A model generated the notes under the pieces. That model was not told where the DNA came from and made no database searches. It saw only the letters and a list, made by a program, of their open reading frames with translations. Position numbers and translations under genes: made by a program. A stretch of DNA of 63,744 nt, the filler included, from Octopus bimaculoides (Eukaryota), in NCBI RefSeq assembly GCF_001194135.2. It is 10 parts of 9 records of this genome, joined end to end, with 100 filler letters (N's around TTAATTAATTAA, not from the genome) between each part and the next. Parts side by side here need not be neighbours in the genome. Positions count along the whole stretch, not along the records: positions 1 to 20,667 come from NC_068983.1; positions 20,768 to 25,520 come from NC_068987.1; positions 25,621 to 41,198 come from NC_069002.1; 7 more parts are not named here. One strand, 5' to 3'. Below, one piece after another: positions 15,466 to 28,789 of the stretch (the first letter of the stretch is position 1; each line of letters begins with the position of its first letter).

Positions 15466-15973
15466 GCTTTGAGTGAAAGGCATGATATTTATGTATAAAT
15501 AGCAATGTCACATGGGTCTTGAATGCAGAGGATCTGTTCCTCTGACTTCCATCTCTGCCACTATCATCACCTCCCCTCCCCACTCCACTCACATCTGCAC
15601 ATTATCTTCCTACTCCCTGATTTACCCACAGATACTTGATACTGCTACTCCCTTCGGTGCTGCTACTTGATACTGCTTCCATGAGCAACTTCTATCTCAC
15701 CCCTGCTTCCATACTCATAGTTACCATCAATCACACCTCCACTCTTGTTCGTCATTCACAGCATACACCTATGGTCCCATCTCAAACTTGTCACTTTCCT
15801 CCAACATGAAATTAATAAATTACCCATCCTTTTTTTACCTTCTGAATCAGTGTCTATACCAGTGGTTGCCAGTTTGTGGTCTGCAAAGGTAGTACTGGGG
15901 GTCTGTGAGCTAAATTCAAAATTTTATATATATATATATATATATAATGTATGTGTATATATATATGTGTGTG

Positions 15974-16029
<56 letters not shown>

Positions 16030-16105
16030 GTATGTGTATATATATATATATGTGTATATATATATGTGTGTGTGTATATATATATAATGTATGTGTATAT
16101 ATATA

Positions 16106-16156
<51 letters not shown>

Positions 16157-16182
16157 ATATATATAAAATACATTAGTAAAGG

Positions 16183-16508
16183 TGAAGGTGTGTGGCTGAG
16201 TGGTTAGGGCATTTGGCTCCCGATCGTGAGTTCGATTCCTGGCGACACATTGTGTCCTTGAGCAAGACACTTTATTTCACGTTGCTCCAGTCCACTCAGT
16301 TGGCAAGCATGAGTAGTACCTGTATTTCAAAGGGCCGGCCTTGTCACACTATGTGTCACGCTGAGTCTCCCTGAGAACTACGTTAGGAGTACACGTGTCT
16401 GTGGATTGCCCAGTCACTTACACGTTAATTTCATGAGCAGGCTGTTCCATTGATCATATCAGCTGGGACCCTCGTCGTCATAACCAACGGAGTGCTCCTA
16501 CTCCTACC
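16183..16508 (+). mobile_element. tRNA-derived SINE (family C'), full length, with 14-bp TSD
   Basis: A box TGGCTGAGTGG, B box GTTCGATTCC; TSD TACATTAGTAAAGG at 16169-16182 and 16509-16522. Confidence 0.88.
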
Positions 16509-16520
16509 TACATTAGTAAA

Positions 16521-16876
16521 GGCACATGGCTCAGTAGTTAAAAGTGTCAAGCTTACAATCGTGAGGTTGTGAGTTTGATTCCTGGACCAGGCTGCGTGTT
16601 GTGTTCTTGGGCAAGGCCCTTTATTTTATGTTGCTCCAGTTCACTCAGCTGTAGAAATGAGTTCCAACGTCACTGGTGCCAAGCTGTATCTGCCTTTCCC
16701 TTGGATAACATCGGTGGCGTGGGGAGGGGAGGCTGGTGTGCATCAGTGACTGCTGGTCTTCCATAAAAACAACCCTAGGTTGTGCATTCACTGGTGAGGT
16801 GACTTTTCATCCAGACTCGTACCCTGGAGGGGAATCTCTTAGGTGCCCCCATGGTCATTCATGACTGACAGTCATC
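16521..16876 (+). mobile_element. tRNA-derived SINE (family D)
   Basis: tRNA head and body similar to copies at 20045 and 53193. Confidence 0.8.
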
Positions 16877-17585
16877 AAGATATATATATACATTAAGAAT
16901 AAGCATATCAAAAGGGTCTGTGGGAAAACTCATTGAAATAAAAGGGGTCCTTGGTAGTGAAAAGGTTGGGAACCACTGGTCTATACTTTTCTTTATACAT
17001 ACATTCTTGTACCTTGAGAGTATGCTATGGCACTCCATTATAATCCTTTTTGTCTTTCAGCTACTCTGGTCCACCTTTACAATGCAGGGTAGCCATGTAT
17101 CTCCTCTATATCAAGACACCTTTAGCCTTCAACACCTGGCATAAAATCACACAAGCTTCTCAAATACACTGTCACTCAGCTGAGGGGGCTTTCCCATTTT
17201 CCTTTCTTTACTTTGTCTTGCAAGTTACTTGGCAACTGCATAAGTGCAGATGTTACAAAAACAAAAACAAAAAAATCACCCAGTACACACTATAAAGTGG
17301 TTGACATTTAGAAGGTAACCCAATCAGAAACCATATCAGAGCTGATATTGGACCTGGCACAGCTCTGTGGCTTACCAGATTGTGTCAAAGCATCCAACCC
17401 ATACCAGCAGATATTAAAAGATAATGTTTTATATATAAATGGGTGTGTATGTGTTCACCCTTCTCTTGATGTTTTGTTTACAATCATATGATGATCATAA
17501 ACAATTATCACTCATACAGGCAATGTTGTTCATTTCTAGTTTTCCATTAAAAACATTTCTGATCATTGATATATATTATTCTGCT

Positions 17586-17618
<33 letters not shown>

Positions 17619-17622
<4 letters not shown>

Positions 17623-17911
17623 AATTGCAGCATGGAAGGTGTTTATAAGCCATTTAAAATAACACACAAAAGCTGTTAGATTCACTTCAACATTTAAATT
17701 TAATTTGTCAAAATATTTTCGTCGCTTTGAGACCATGACCTGTTCACTGACAAAATTCTGTGCTGCATCTCTTGAAAATTCTTCAACTGCATCTCAGTTG
17801 AAGGCTGACGGAAATATTTTGACAAATTAAATTTAAATGTTGAAGTGAATCTAACGGCTTTTGTGTGTTATTTTAAATGGCTTATAAACACCTTCCACGC
17901 TGCAATTGTTT
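17619..17911. repeat. Foldback element: 105-bp inverted arms (17619-17723, 17807-17911), 3 mismatches, between TA arrays
   Basis: Direct reverse-complement comparison. Confidence 0.92.
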
Positions 17912-17967
17912 TCGTTCCAGCACACAATCTCAGATCAGGTCACTTGCTATGCAAGTACATCTCCATA

Positions 17968-18003
<36 letters not shown>

Positions 18004-19595
18004 TAATCTAAAGCCTGAAAGAGACAGCCTGTGAAACTTTTAAATTGCATGAAACCAAATTTAAATAGTGCATGTAACTTCTACTAAATGTGTTGAGTGT
18101 CCTTTCCTTTCATTTGTCCACTCTATTTGTGTGAATATGTGTGTGTGTATTATTAACATCATCATCATCATTTTATGTCCATGTTCCATGCTGGCATAGA
18201 TTGGGTGGTTTGACAATATCCAATGGACCTAAGGGCTGCATCATGCTCCAGTGCTGACTAACCACATTATTGTGCATACTGTATGTGTTTTCCCATGCCA
18301 TCAGCACTATCAAGGTCACTAAATAGCTCATAAAATCATGAGCCCTGATGGAATGAGGTTCAGCTTTATGCTAGGGGATAAGTGGTTATAATATGAAAAG
18401 AGGTGGGGGGAGGTAGAGCAGTTTCTTGTACAGGAGCTACATGGCTTCTCACATTTAGTGGGAGAGGGTGAGAATGATCAGTAGAAGAGATAGAGTGGTG
18501 ATAAGATCTCAAGTGCCCCTTCCCCTTCTCAAGGCATGATGTAAGTAGAAGCAGGTGGGTAGTTTGCAAGATGGTATGGGGTTCAAGAAATGAGGGCATG
18601 AAGAGGCAGACTGTAAAATTGGGTACAGGGTTAAAGGAAGGATGAGTCATGGGTTGGGGAAGATAAAATGATACAGAAGAGTGTGTGTCAGTGGCAGAAT
18701 GGCAAGATAGTATTGATGATACAATTATAGTTGGATTGACCCAATCATCATCATTATCATTATTTAATATCCATGTTATGTGTTGCCATGGGCTGGATGG
18801 TTTCCCAGGACCTGATCTGCTCCATGTCTACATGGTTTTTATGGCTTTACTGCAACCACTTTACAGTGTGTATTTGGTAGTTTTTGATGTGCCACTAATA
18901 TGAGTGACTGTCTTACAACTTCTCAGACTATGAACCTTGAGAGAGAAAGGCGTGCTAGGAGACAAGGGAGTTAAAGTATGTGAGAAGAGGTCAGAGTGCA
19001 ACAGGTTTCTTATCACATAGTTTCCTGCTTTTCAGAAGAGTAAGTGGAGGTGATCTGAATGGAATTGGGAAGAAATAAAAATGGTGGTAATGAGATGTCT
19101 GGGTTAACACTCAAAGTATGAGATAGGTAGAAGTGAGTGGAGTATGGGAGAGATGGAGATGGGGGAAGGGTGAGGGGAGTGAATGTGTTAAGTGAAGGAC
19201 AAGTGTTGAGGGATGGATGTAGTGAATGGTAAATAAGGGGTGGTGTGACCAATGAGGCATAAATGAGAACAGTAGAATTGTCATGGTGATACAGTAGACA
19301 GAAGGATACCAGAGGAGACATGTTATTTGGTAGGTTGCCGGAATGTTGGGTAGGGGTGGGAGGAAGAGACAGGTATAGTGTTTGGACAGAGTGTAGCATA
19401 TATGGTGGTGAAAAGAGAGAAATACTTTGGTAGCTCAGGTGGGGTGATCAGTGTAAATTGTAGGTGGAAAGAACTGTAGAATGATGAAGGGATGGATATC
19501 AAGTGAAATGGTTCTGCAGTTATATGATGGTTGGTGAGGGTGTCTTGAAGAGGAAATGCGGTAAAGGATTCTGTTGTGTGTGTATGTGTGTGTGA

Positions 19596-19672
19596 GCATG
19601 CGCACGCGCACGCGCACGCACGCGCACGCACGCACGCGCACGCACGCACACGCACGCACGCACACACACACA
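19596..19672. repeat. (GCAC/GCGCAC)n alternating purine-pyrimidine repeat
   Basis: Direct. Confidence 0.9.
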
Positions 19673-20044
19673 CTGCTTCCAAGACATAATTTTACAAACT
19701 TTCTCAAGAACTGCAAATTGCCAGTTATCCCAATTCTTTATCATCTCTTCTGTGACATTTCAGATCCTGAGATCAGCCATCATCATTTTGTCCTGTGTCG
19801 TCTTGAGTCACTCTCTTCTTCCAACCCCATTCACATTTATTGATCAAGCACTTTCATATACAGCTATCCTCATCGTTATGTATCGCATCCATATCAGTAC
19901 AGTCTTCTTACTTGTACACTACACGTGACTCCTATTATGCCTAGTTTTTCTATCAGAACATTTGTCCTCTATTGTTCATACACACATTGTATTTATATAT
20001 ATGTATATATATATATATATATATATGTACAATGTATATATACA

Positions 20045-20373
20045 ACATGGCTCAGTGGTTAGAGCATCGGTATTATGACTGTGAAGTTGTGAGTTTGAAT
20101 CCCGGACCGGGCTGCGTGTTGTGTTCATGAGCAAGACACTTTATTTCACGTTGTTCCAGTTCACTCAGCTGCAGAAATGAGTTGCGACATCACAGGTGCC
20201 AAACTGTATCGGCCTTTGCCTTTCTCTTGGGTAACATCAGTAACGTGGAGAGGGGAGGCTGGTATGCATGGGAGACAGCTGGTCTTCCATAAACAACCTT
20301 GCCTGGACTTGTGCCTTGGAGGGTAACTTTCTAGGTGCAATCCCATGGTCATTCATGACCGAGGGGGGTCTCC
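20045..20373 (+). mobile_element. tRNA-derived SINE (family D)
   Basis: TGGCTCAGTGGTTAG...GTTTGAATCCC head; body matches 16521 copy; sits between TA arrays. Confidence 0.85.
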
Positions 20374-20566
20374 TGATATACAATATATAATATATATGTA
20401 TATAATATATGTATATAATATATATATATATATAATAAATATATATAATGTATATATATATACAGTATATAATATATATATAATAAATATATATAATGTA
20501 TATATATACAGTATATATATATAATAAATATATATAATATATATATATATACAATATATATGCATG

Positions 20567-20607
<41 letters not shown>

Positions 20608-20824
20608 ATATATATACATAATAAATATAATATATATATATACATAATAAATATATATATATATATANNNNNNNNNNNNNNNNNNNNNNNNNNNNNNNNN
20701 NNNNNNNNNNNTTAATTAATTAANNNNNNNNNNNNNNNNNNNNNNNNNNNNNNNNNNNNNNNNNNNNCAACGCCTTTGCAATTTTATATGCGACCTCCCC
20801 ACCTCCACCATCGTTTACTGTTTA

Positions 20825-20938
20825 ATATCTCCTCCCCCGACTTTGCCTTTCATCCTTTCGGGGTCGATAAATTAAGTACCAGTTGCGTACTGAGGTCGAT
20901 CTAAATTTCGGGCCTTGTGCCTAGAGTAGAAAAGAATA
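20825..20938 (+). mobile_element. SINE family B 3' part
   Basis: GACTTTGCCTTTCATCCTTTCGGGGTCGATAAATTAAGTACC. Confidence 0.75.
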
Positions 20939-21699
20939 CCCCCCCCCCCTTTTTTTTCTGTGTTTCCTTGGTGAAGTAGTTATTGTTTTTTAATGGGTTT
21001 TTTCTCTTTTTCTTTCTCTAGCGAAATAATCAATTGGTTACATTAACATAAATTAAAAATGAAATAGGAGAATGCTATCGGTGAGTGAATGTCTTTGGAA
21101 AGTACGATGACAACTCTATGCATATTTCAATATTATAATATCCCCTCTGCGAAGCGTAGCTTAACTCGTGCTCATCAAGTTCTAAATGACTTGGTAGAAT
21201 GATAAATATTGTGAGTGAAAAGCATTTATTGATTTGGCAACCTAGAATAAAGATTGGTGGGGAAAGAAAAGTTATCATTTTATGTGAATGAATTCGATTA
21301 AGAAGGTAGGTAACTCATATATATATTTTAGAGTAGTCTCCCTTACTATGTCTTCAATAATTCCTTAATTGGTTGATCGTTCATATCTTTAAGTCTTAAC
21401 TTATTTTGCAATTTCATGTTTGCAGCATTTACAACTTTGTGACTGCAGTGTATAACCTTAGACGATATTCTTCGACCTCGAAGACTGTATTTTCTCGAAA
21501 TGATCTTCTCCCTGTCTTCTGTACAAAAATTATACACGCAGATGAATTTATAGATGCGTAGGCTAGTGGTTAGGGCATTAGACTCACAGTCGTAGGTTCG
21601 ATTCCCCAACCGGGTCTATTAGATTACATTATCATAGTATTGAGCCATCTGTTATTATGATCTGTGTGTGTGTGTGTGTTCATTTATTTTCGTCGAGTC

Positions 21700-21960
21700 A
21701 GTCTCTTGCTACTCTACGGTGAAATTAACGCGCAAGTGGCTGAGCACTCCTCAGACGCGTGAACACAGGGAAATTTAGCGTAACACAAAGTGAAACAAGG
21801 CTGGCTCTCACATATGCAGGTACTACTCATTTTTGCCAGCTGAGTGAACCGAAGCAATAGGAAAAACAGTATCTTGCTTAAGGAGACAATGCATCACCAG
21901 GAATTGAATTCACAAACTTACGATCGTGAATCAAATATCTTAAGGACTAAGCTACATGCC
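21700..21960 (-). mobile_element. Degenerate SINE (C' family)
   Basis: GAAATTAACGCGCAAGTGGCTGAGCACTCC and CAGGTACTACTCATTTTTGCCAGCTGAGTG match the family in reverse. Confidence 0.65.
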
Positions 21961-22294
21961 TTTGCTATACATATATATATATACATATGTATATGTGTGT
22001 ATGTATGTATATAATAAATAAAAAATAATATATATATGTAATAAATAATAAATAATATATATATATATATTATGTATGTATGTATGTATGTATGTATCTA
22101 TCTATCTAATAATATAAATAATATATGCATATATACATATGTATATGTGCATACTTACATCTATATGCATATATATATGCAGATGTGGGCACAGGACGTC
22201 ATGAAACGTGTACAACAAAAAATATGAAATACGAGTACATGGAATATGAAATATTTTTTCGAACAACGAAAGACACAAATGGAAAACAAGACAA

Positions 22295-22994
22295 ACAACA
22301 TAAAGAACGACCCTTCATCAGTTGCTGGTTGTTTTTCTAGTTTAGTATTTCGAGCATTTAACAACAATAGACGCTTTCGATAAAACAGTTGCTCCCACAA
22401 AGCAAATTAAATAAAACTCGGGATTTTGCGGAGGGTCAAAATTGGTAACACAAACAGGACAATGAAAACAAACAGAACAATGAAAACAAACAGGAAGCGC
22501 TGCTAAGCTTAAACAAGGTTGTGGTGGCAAACGCGTAAACCAAGGTTGGACAAGAGACAGGCAAGAACACATCTTCCTTGTTCTAGCTACAACGGAGAGA
22601 AAGAAAGAAAGAAAGAAACACAAGAAAGAAAGAAACACAAGAAAGAAAGATGGCCGATGGTCACCTGGGAGCCACGTGAGCAAAGGAAGAGGAGTGAGGG
22701 AGAGAGAGTGACAGAGTAATAGGATAGAATAGTGGGAGAAGATGAGGTAAAAGGATAAGAGAGAGAAAGAGAGAAAAACGAAAGAGTAAAAAGATCGTAT
22801 AGAGTGCGCATCAGAATTATTAAGATAAAACTTTCTTGGAAGAAGATGCGTGGCGTTCAATCATGTAATGATATAAATAATATCCTAAATTTTATTTAAT
22901 TTGCTTTGCGGGAGTATATTGTTGTTGTTAAATGCTCTAAATACGAGAGTAGAAAAGCAGCCAACAACTGATGAAGGGTCGTTCTTTATGTCGT
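22295..22994. repeat. Inverted repeat (22295-22424, 22882-22994) of a dispersed element
   Basis: ACATAAAGAACGACCCTTCATCAGTTG...GCAAATTAAATAAAA on both strands. Confidence 0.85.
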
Positions 22995-23541
22995 NNNNNN
23001 NNNNNNNNNNNNNNNNNNNNNNNNNNNNNNNNNNNNNNNNNNNNNNNNNNNNNNNNNNNNNNNNNNNNNNNNNNNNNNNNNNNNNNNNNNNNNNNNNNNN
23101 NNNNNNNNNNNNNNNNNNNNNNNNNNNNNNNNNNNNNNNNNNNNNNNNNNNNNNNNNNNNNNNNNNNNNNNNNNNNNNNNNNNNNNNNNNNNNNNNNNNN
23201 NNNNNNNNNNNNNNNNNNNNNNNNNNNNNNNNNNNNNNNNNNNNNNNNNNNNNNNNNNNNNNNNNNNNNNNNNNNNNNNNNNNNNNNNNNNNNNNNNNNN
23301 NNNNNNNNNNNNNNNNNNNNNNNNNNNNNNNNNNNNNNNNNNNNNNNNNNNNNNNNNNNNNNNNNNNNNNNNNNNNNNNNNNNNNNNNNNNNNNNNNNNN
23401 NNNNNNNNNNNNNNNNNNNNNNNNNNNNNNNNNNNNNNNNNNNNNNNNNNNNNNNNNNNNNNNNNNNNNNNNNNNNNNNNNNNNNNNNNNNNNNNNNNNN
23501 NNNNNNNNNNNNNNNNNNNNNNNNNNNNNNNNNNNNNNNNN

Positions 23542-23594
<53 letters not shown>

Positions 23595-23822
23595 ATATAT
23601 ATGTATACACACACATAGGTATAAATACGTGTATTTATTTGTACTTGTATGACTCTGCAATTACTTGTTTCTACATGTATCTGTATTAATGTTTCTACAG
23701 TAAATAAGTCTAAAGCTGTTGATGAAGCAGTAATAAATCTTATAACATTATGCCATAAGTCACAGCAGTTCTTAGTCAAAATGACTATTGCTTGCTTACT
23801 TTAATCTCTGTGTGTATACATG

Positions 23823-23915
<93 letters not shown>

Positions 23916-24541
23916 GTTAATGTCCGCCTTCTATGAACGCTCTTCAATTCTTATTCTAGCAACTATNNNNNNNNNNNNNNNNNNNNNNNNNNNNNNNNNN
24001 NNNNNNNNNNNNNNNNNNNNNNNNNNNNNNNNNNNNNNNNNNNNNNNNNNNNNNNNNNNNNNNNNNNNNNNNNNNNNNNNNNNNNNNNNNNNNNNNNNNN
24101 NNNNNNNNNNNNNNNNNNNNNNNNNNNNNNNNNNNNNNNNNNNNNNNNNNNNNNNNNNNNNNNNNNNNNNNNNNNNNNNNNNNNNNNNNNNNNNNNNNNN
24201 NNNNNNNNNNNNNNNNNNNNNNNNNNNNNNNNNNNNNNNNNNNNNNNNNNNNNNNNNNNNNNNNNNNNNNNNNNNNNNNNNNNNNNNNNNNNNNNNNNNN
24301 NNNNNNNNNNNNNNNNNNNNNNNNNNNNNNNNNNNNNNNNNNNNNNNNNNNNNNNNNNNNNNNNNNNNNNNNNNNNNNNNNNNNNNNNNNNNNNNNNNNN
24401 NNNNNNNNNNNNNNNNNNNNNNNNNNNNNNNNNNNNNNNNNNNNNNNNNNNNNNNNNNNNNNNNNNNNNNNNNNNNNNNNNNNNNNNNNNNNNNNNNNNN
24501 NNNNNNNNNNNNNNNNNNNNNNNNNNNNNNNNNNNNNNNNN

Positions 24542-24578
<37 letters not shown>

Positions 24579-25311
24579 CTTGTGTGTGTGTATATGTGTG
24601 TGTGCGCGCGCGCGCGTGAGAGAGAAAGCAACTGGTGTTAATGGCAGAATAACATTTGAAATGCAAATCTGTCAATGAAAAATAAGTTCAGACCTCTACA
24701 TGGTAGGTAGACCTGGTAGAAATAGCAGCCAAATTTCCCTCAAGACACCCTACTGTATTAATGCGAGAATTCTGCGTATTATGTTAAGAAGATGACATTA
24801 AGAATTGCTTTAACAGAAAATTACGCTGTAAGAATGAACGGGAAAATTGTGTATAAGAATTAATAGCAGACGTATCCAATTTAAGAAAAGTGAAGTATGG
24901 AATAAGTAATTGTTATACGCTTATAGAAAAACAATTTATATTATAGAAATTGATACATACCTGTTGAAGATTAAAATGAGCTATTGTTTTCGACGAGTGT
25001 ATAATCATAGTGAAACTGAAAGACATGAAATATCCGTTTGTGTATGTACATGTATGTATTTTTGGCGGGATTTTTGCATTTAGCAGGAGTTGGTTTGTTT
25101 TATCTATCAATCAATGGCCGGACAAGTCAAAAGGGAAGGCGATCTTTTGAAGTGGGCGTCGAATGAAGATACATGGCGAGTTTTATGACTGAACTTCTTT
25201 TGAAGTTGTGGTGAGAGGGGAAAATTGATGTGCGTGCGTATGTCTGTGTGTGAGTGTGTATGTTTGATGGGGTGTGCACGACAGAGAGAGTAATGTTGAT
25301 TGTGTATGTGC

Positions 25312-25352
<41 letters not shown>

Positions 25353-25620
25353 ATGAAATTTATCATTCAATTTAATTATTTATTATGTACATATGTATGA
25401 ATGGCTTCAATGACACACTCACATACACGCACGCACGCAGGTTGTTTTAATCTATTTTCTCTGTAAGTATGGGAGCTAGGGAAAAAATAAAAAGCGCGTT
25501 CCAATCTATGCACCCGTCTCNNNNNNNNNNNNNNNNNNNNNNNNNNNNNNNNNNNNNNNNNNNNTTAATTAATTAANNNNNNNNNNNNNNNNNNNNNNNN
25601 NNNNNNNNNNNNNNNNNNNN

Positions 25621-25760
25621 TAGCGGTTCGGCAAAAGAGACCGATAGAATAAGTACTAGGCTTACAAAGAATAAGTCCTGGGGTCGATTTGCTCGACTAA
25701 AGGTGGTGCTCCAGCATGGCCGCAGTCAAATGACTAAAACAAGTAAAACAGTAAAGATAT
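25621..25760 (+). mobile_element. SINE family A 3' part
   Basis: TAGCGGTTCGGCAAAAGAGACCGATAGAATAAGTACTAGG... Confidence 0.85.
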
Positions 25761-26496
25761 ATGTACACACACACGCACACACACACACACACACACATAT
25801 TTATATGTATACACACACTCATAAACACACAAAATTGGAAGGCCGTTGCCTATCTTGAGTTTAAGGTACCTTTTGACAGGATTTTAATTCTATTGCTGTA
25901 GCGAGTCCAAGAATCCATCGGTTACACAGCCCCATTAAACTATCTAGACGGGTTGCCAATTTAGTCAGCATGCAAACAGTTGTACTGGACAGCATGTTAC
26001 CAATAGCTGTCACATACATATATGAATACACACATACAAAATACATACATGCAACTCTTCGAAACGCTTAGTTTAGAATAGGGGCAGCTGATGAAGGAAA
26101 TGTTCTCTATGTGGCCTGTCTGTTTTCCTGTGTGTTCCTACCGTTGTCCAAAAAAAGTTTGTTTTCCGTGTTCTGTTTATGGTTTGGCTTTTCATTTTGT
26201 CCACAGTTCTTTGTGACGTCCTGTACCCAAATATGCATCTATATATACATGTCGATGTAGGTATGTACATACACGTACGTATATATGCATATACTCACAT
26301 TATTTGTATTACATACATATATACAGACATAAAACAAAGCATACAATCTGCACATGCTCTGATTCCGAATACTGCACGTATGCACACACATACATGAAAA
26401 AATATCCTGTTTATGGTGTTGAAATTCCAATAGATCTAGGTTAGATATTGGCTCAGTCTGTACTGGTAAGAAATCTTGAAATAAAACTATTTAATG

Positions 26497-26566
<70 letters not shown>

Positions 26567-26910
26567 NNNNNNNNNNNNNNNNNNNNNNNNNNNNNNNNNN
26601 NNNNNNNNNNNNNNNNNNNNNNNNNNNNNNNNNNNNNNNNNNNNNNNNNNNNNNNNNNNNNNNNNNNNNNNNNNNNNNNNNNNNNNNNNNNNNNNNNNNN
26701 NNNNNNNNNNNNNNNNNNNNNNNNNNNNNNNNNNNNNNNNNNNNNNNNNNNNNNNNNNNNNNNNNNNNNNNNNNNNNNNNNNNNNNNNNNNNNNNNNNNN
26801 NNNNNNNNNNNNNNNNNNNNNNNNNNNNNNNNNNNNNNNNNNNNNNNNNNNNNNNNNNNNNNNNNNNNNNNNNNNNNNNNNNNNNNNNTACTAAAACACA
26901 CACACTCACA

Positions 26911-26941
<31 letters not shown>

Positions 26942-27333
26942 TAATTTATATGCTACAAGCGATCACGATATCCGGGTCTATAGAAATCTGCGAGACCTTC
27001 TTAAGTCTTAAAGGATGAAAATTAAAAGAAGATACCCTCCTTCACAACCTTGCTGCCAAGTAGAGGGGTGACCGGTCAAAATTTGCTCTGAATTAAAAAG
27101 AGAAAGAGAACATACATACATACATATACATACATAGACATGTACATACATACATATGTACATATATTCAAAAATACATTTTTTTTTTTTTTGGTGCAAG
27201 TAAGCAAACTTTATACATATGTATTTATAGGCACAGACTAAAAGTCTATTCCGCAAGTTAAAACACATCGCAACAATGATACGTTTCCGTTTTAGCGTTC
27301 GGTCAGGGTCTCCGAAATACATACATACATACA

Positions 27334-27369
<36 letters not shown>

Positions 27370-27526
27370 TATCCATATATACATACACACATATATATAT
27401 ATACATACATACATGTATGCATACATATATATATATACATACAAGTGTACACATATACATACATATATATATGCGTACATACATACGTAATGCATCATGC
27501 ATACATATATGCATACATACATAACA

Positions 27527-27576
<50 letters not shown>

Positions 27577-27689
27577 TACATAATATATATATAATATTTT
27601 TATATAGTTTACAAATGAATTTTATACAACTTTATAAATATACATATATACATATACAATGTATATATATCTGTATTATATATATACGC

Positions 27690-27783
<94 letters not shown>

Positions 27784-28135
27784 TAGGAGACTCATCATTC
27801 CTCTCTAACTGTGGGGCAGTAGTGAGAATCCTCCCTTACTTCCGAACCCCTCTACCTGCCAACCACAACACCCCCCACCCACCGTCCCTCTAACCACCTC
27901 CAATCTATATTTGTCGGTAACGTGATCCAGGGAAGGGCAGCGTTTGGAATAACTCTGGCACCAGAGACTGGCTACAGGAAACTGTACAGAGGATATCCTC
28001 CAATATGACATCACAGAAACCCCAACAGCAATTCGCCACCCCCGCCTCCAACAGACCATTTTCAGACCCTCAGTGTGCAGCGCTCATAGCACCTCGTTCC
28101 TTTTTTATTTTTTTATTTCTGTTCATTGTTTATTT

Positions 28136-28203
<68 letters not shown>

Positions 28204-28753
28204 TGTCTCATATATAAATACACACATATATACATAAATACATACATACATACATACATACATACACGTATACTGCATACCTATAATTACACACACACAC
28301 ATACATACACGCACACACAGATACTCACACGCGCACACAGACACACTGAGATATATATGCATGTATGTGTGTGTGTGTGTATTCTACCCGTTTTTTTTAA
28401 GATGCACACCCTCGCACACCCTCATACACATTCCAACTCACTCACGTACACACAAGTACAGTCTCACCCACTCACACACACTTATCTCTATAGTTCACTC
28501 ATCCTTTCTCCCCCCACCCCCATTATTTAATTCCCACCTTCATCTGAAACAAATTTTTCTTCCGTAATTTGTGTTTTTTTTTTTTTCCAGCGAATTATTT
28601 CGGATTGAAACCTTATTCACATGATATCAGCATGTAAATTTTTTTTTTTGCCTTTTCGACTGAGTACCGAAAAAAAAAAAAATCAAAACCAAGCTGAAGC
28701 TAACCTCAGAGAAATTTTCTTCCTCCGTCTTCCTTTCTAGTGGACTTTCCCCT

Positions 28754-28789
28754 GTTTCTGAAGAAGGGGCTTTGCTCGAAACGTTAAAC
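28754..28789 (+). ncRNA. Candidate minimal type I hammerhead ribozyme (Penelope-type)
   Basis: GTTT-CTGAAGA-A-GGG(GCTTTG)CTC-GAAA-CGT-T-AAAC: core boxes, 3-bp stem II, palindromic ACGT stem III, 4-bp stem I. Confidence 0.5.

Larger units (their letters stand above)
15860..16978. mobile_element. hAT (Charlie-type) MITE split by TA microsatellite and two SINEs
   Basis: Imperfect TIRs CAGTGGTTGCCAGTTT / CAGTGGTTCCCAACCT; identical 8-bp TSD GTCTATAC at 15852-15859 and 16979-16986. Confidence 0.85.

Noticed and set aside
18366-19560. Purine-rich/pyrimidine-rich blocks with ORFs (also 13770-14150, 15540-15840)
   Set aside because: Strand-biased low-complexity repeat sequence; the ORFs have no recognisable motifs
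21555-21615. tRNA-like sequence
   Set aside because: Only A/B boxes, no full cloverleaf; truncated SINE head, as are the other tRNA-like heads in the window
22885-27018. Long ORFs containing X runs (also 31870-33846, 39717-40247, 54238-54966)
   Set aside because: Span N gaps and dinucleotide repeats
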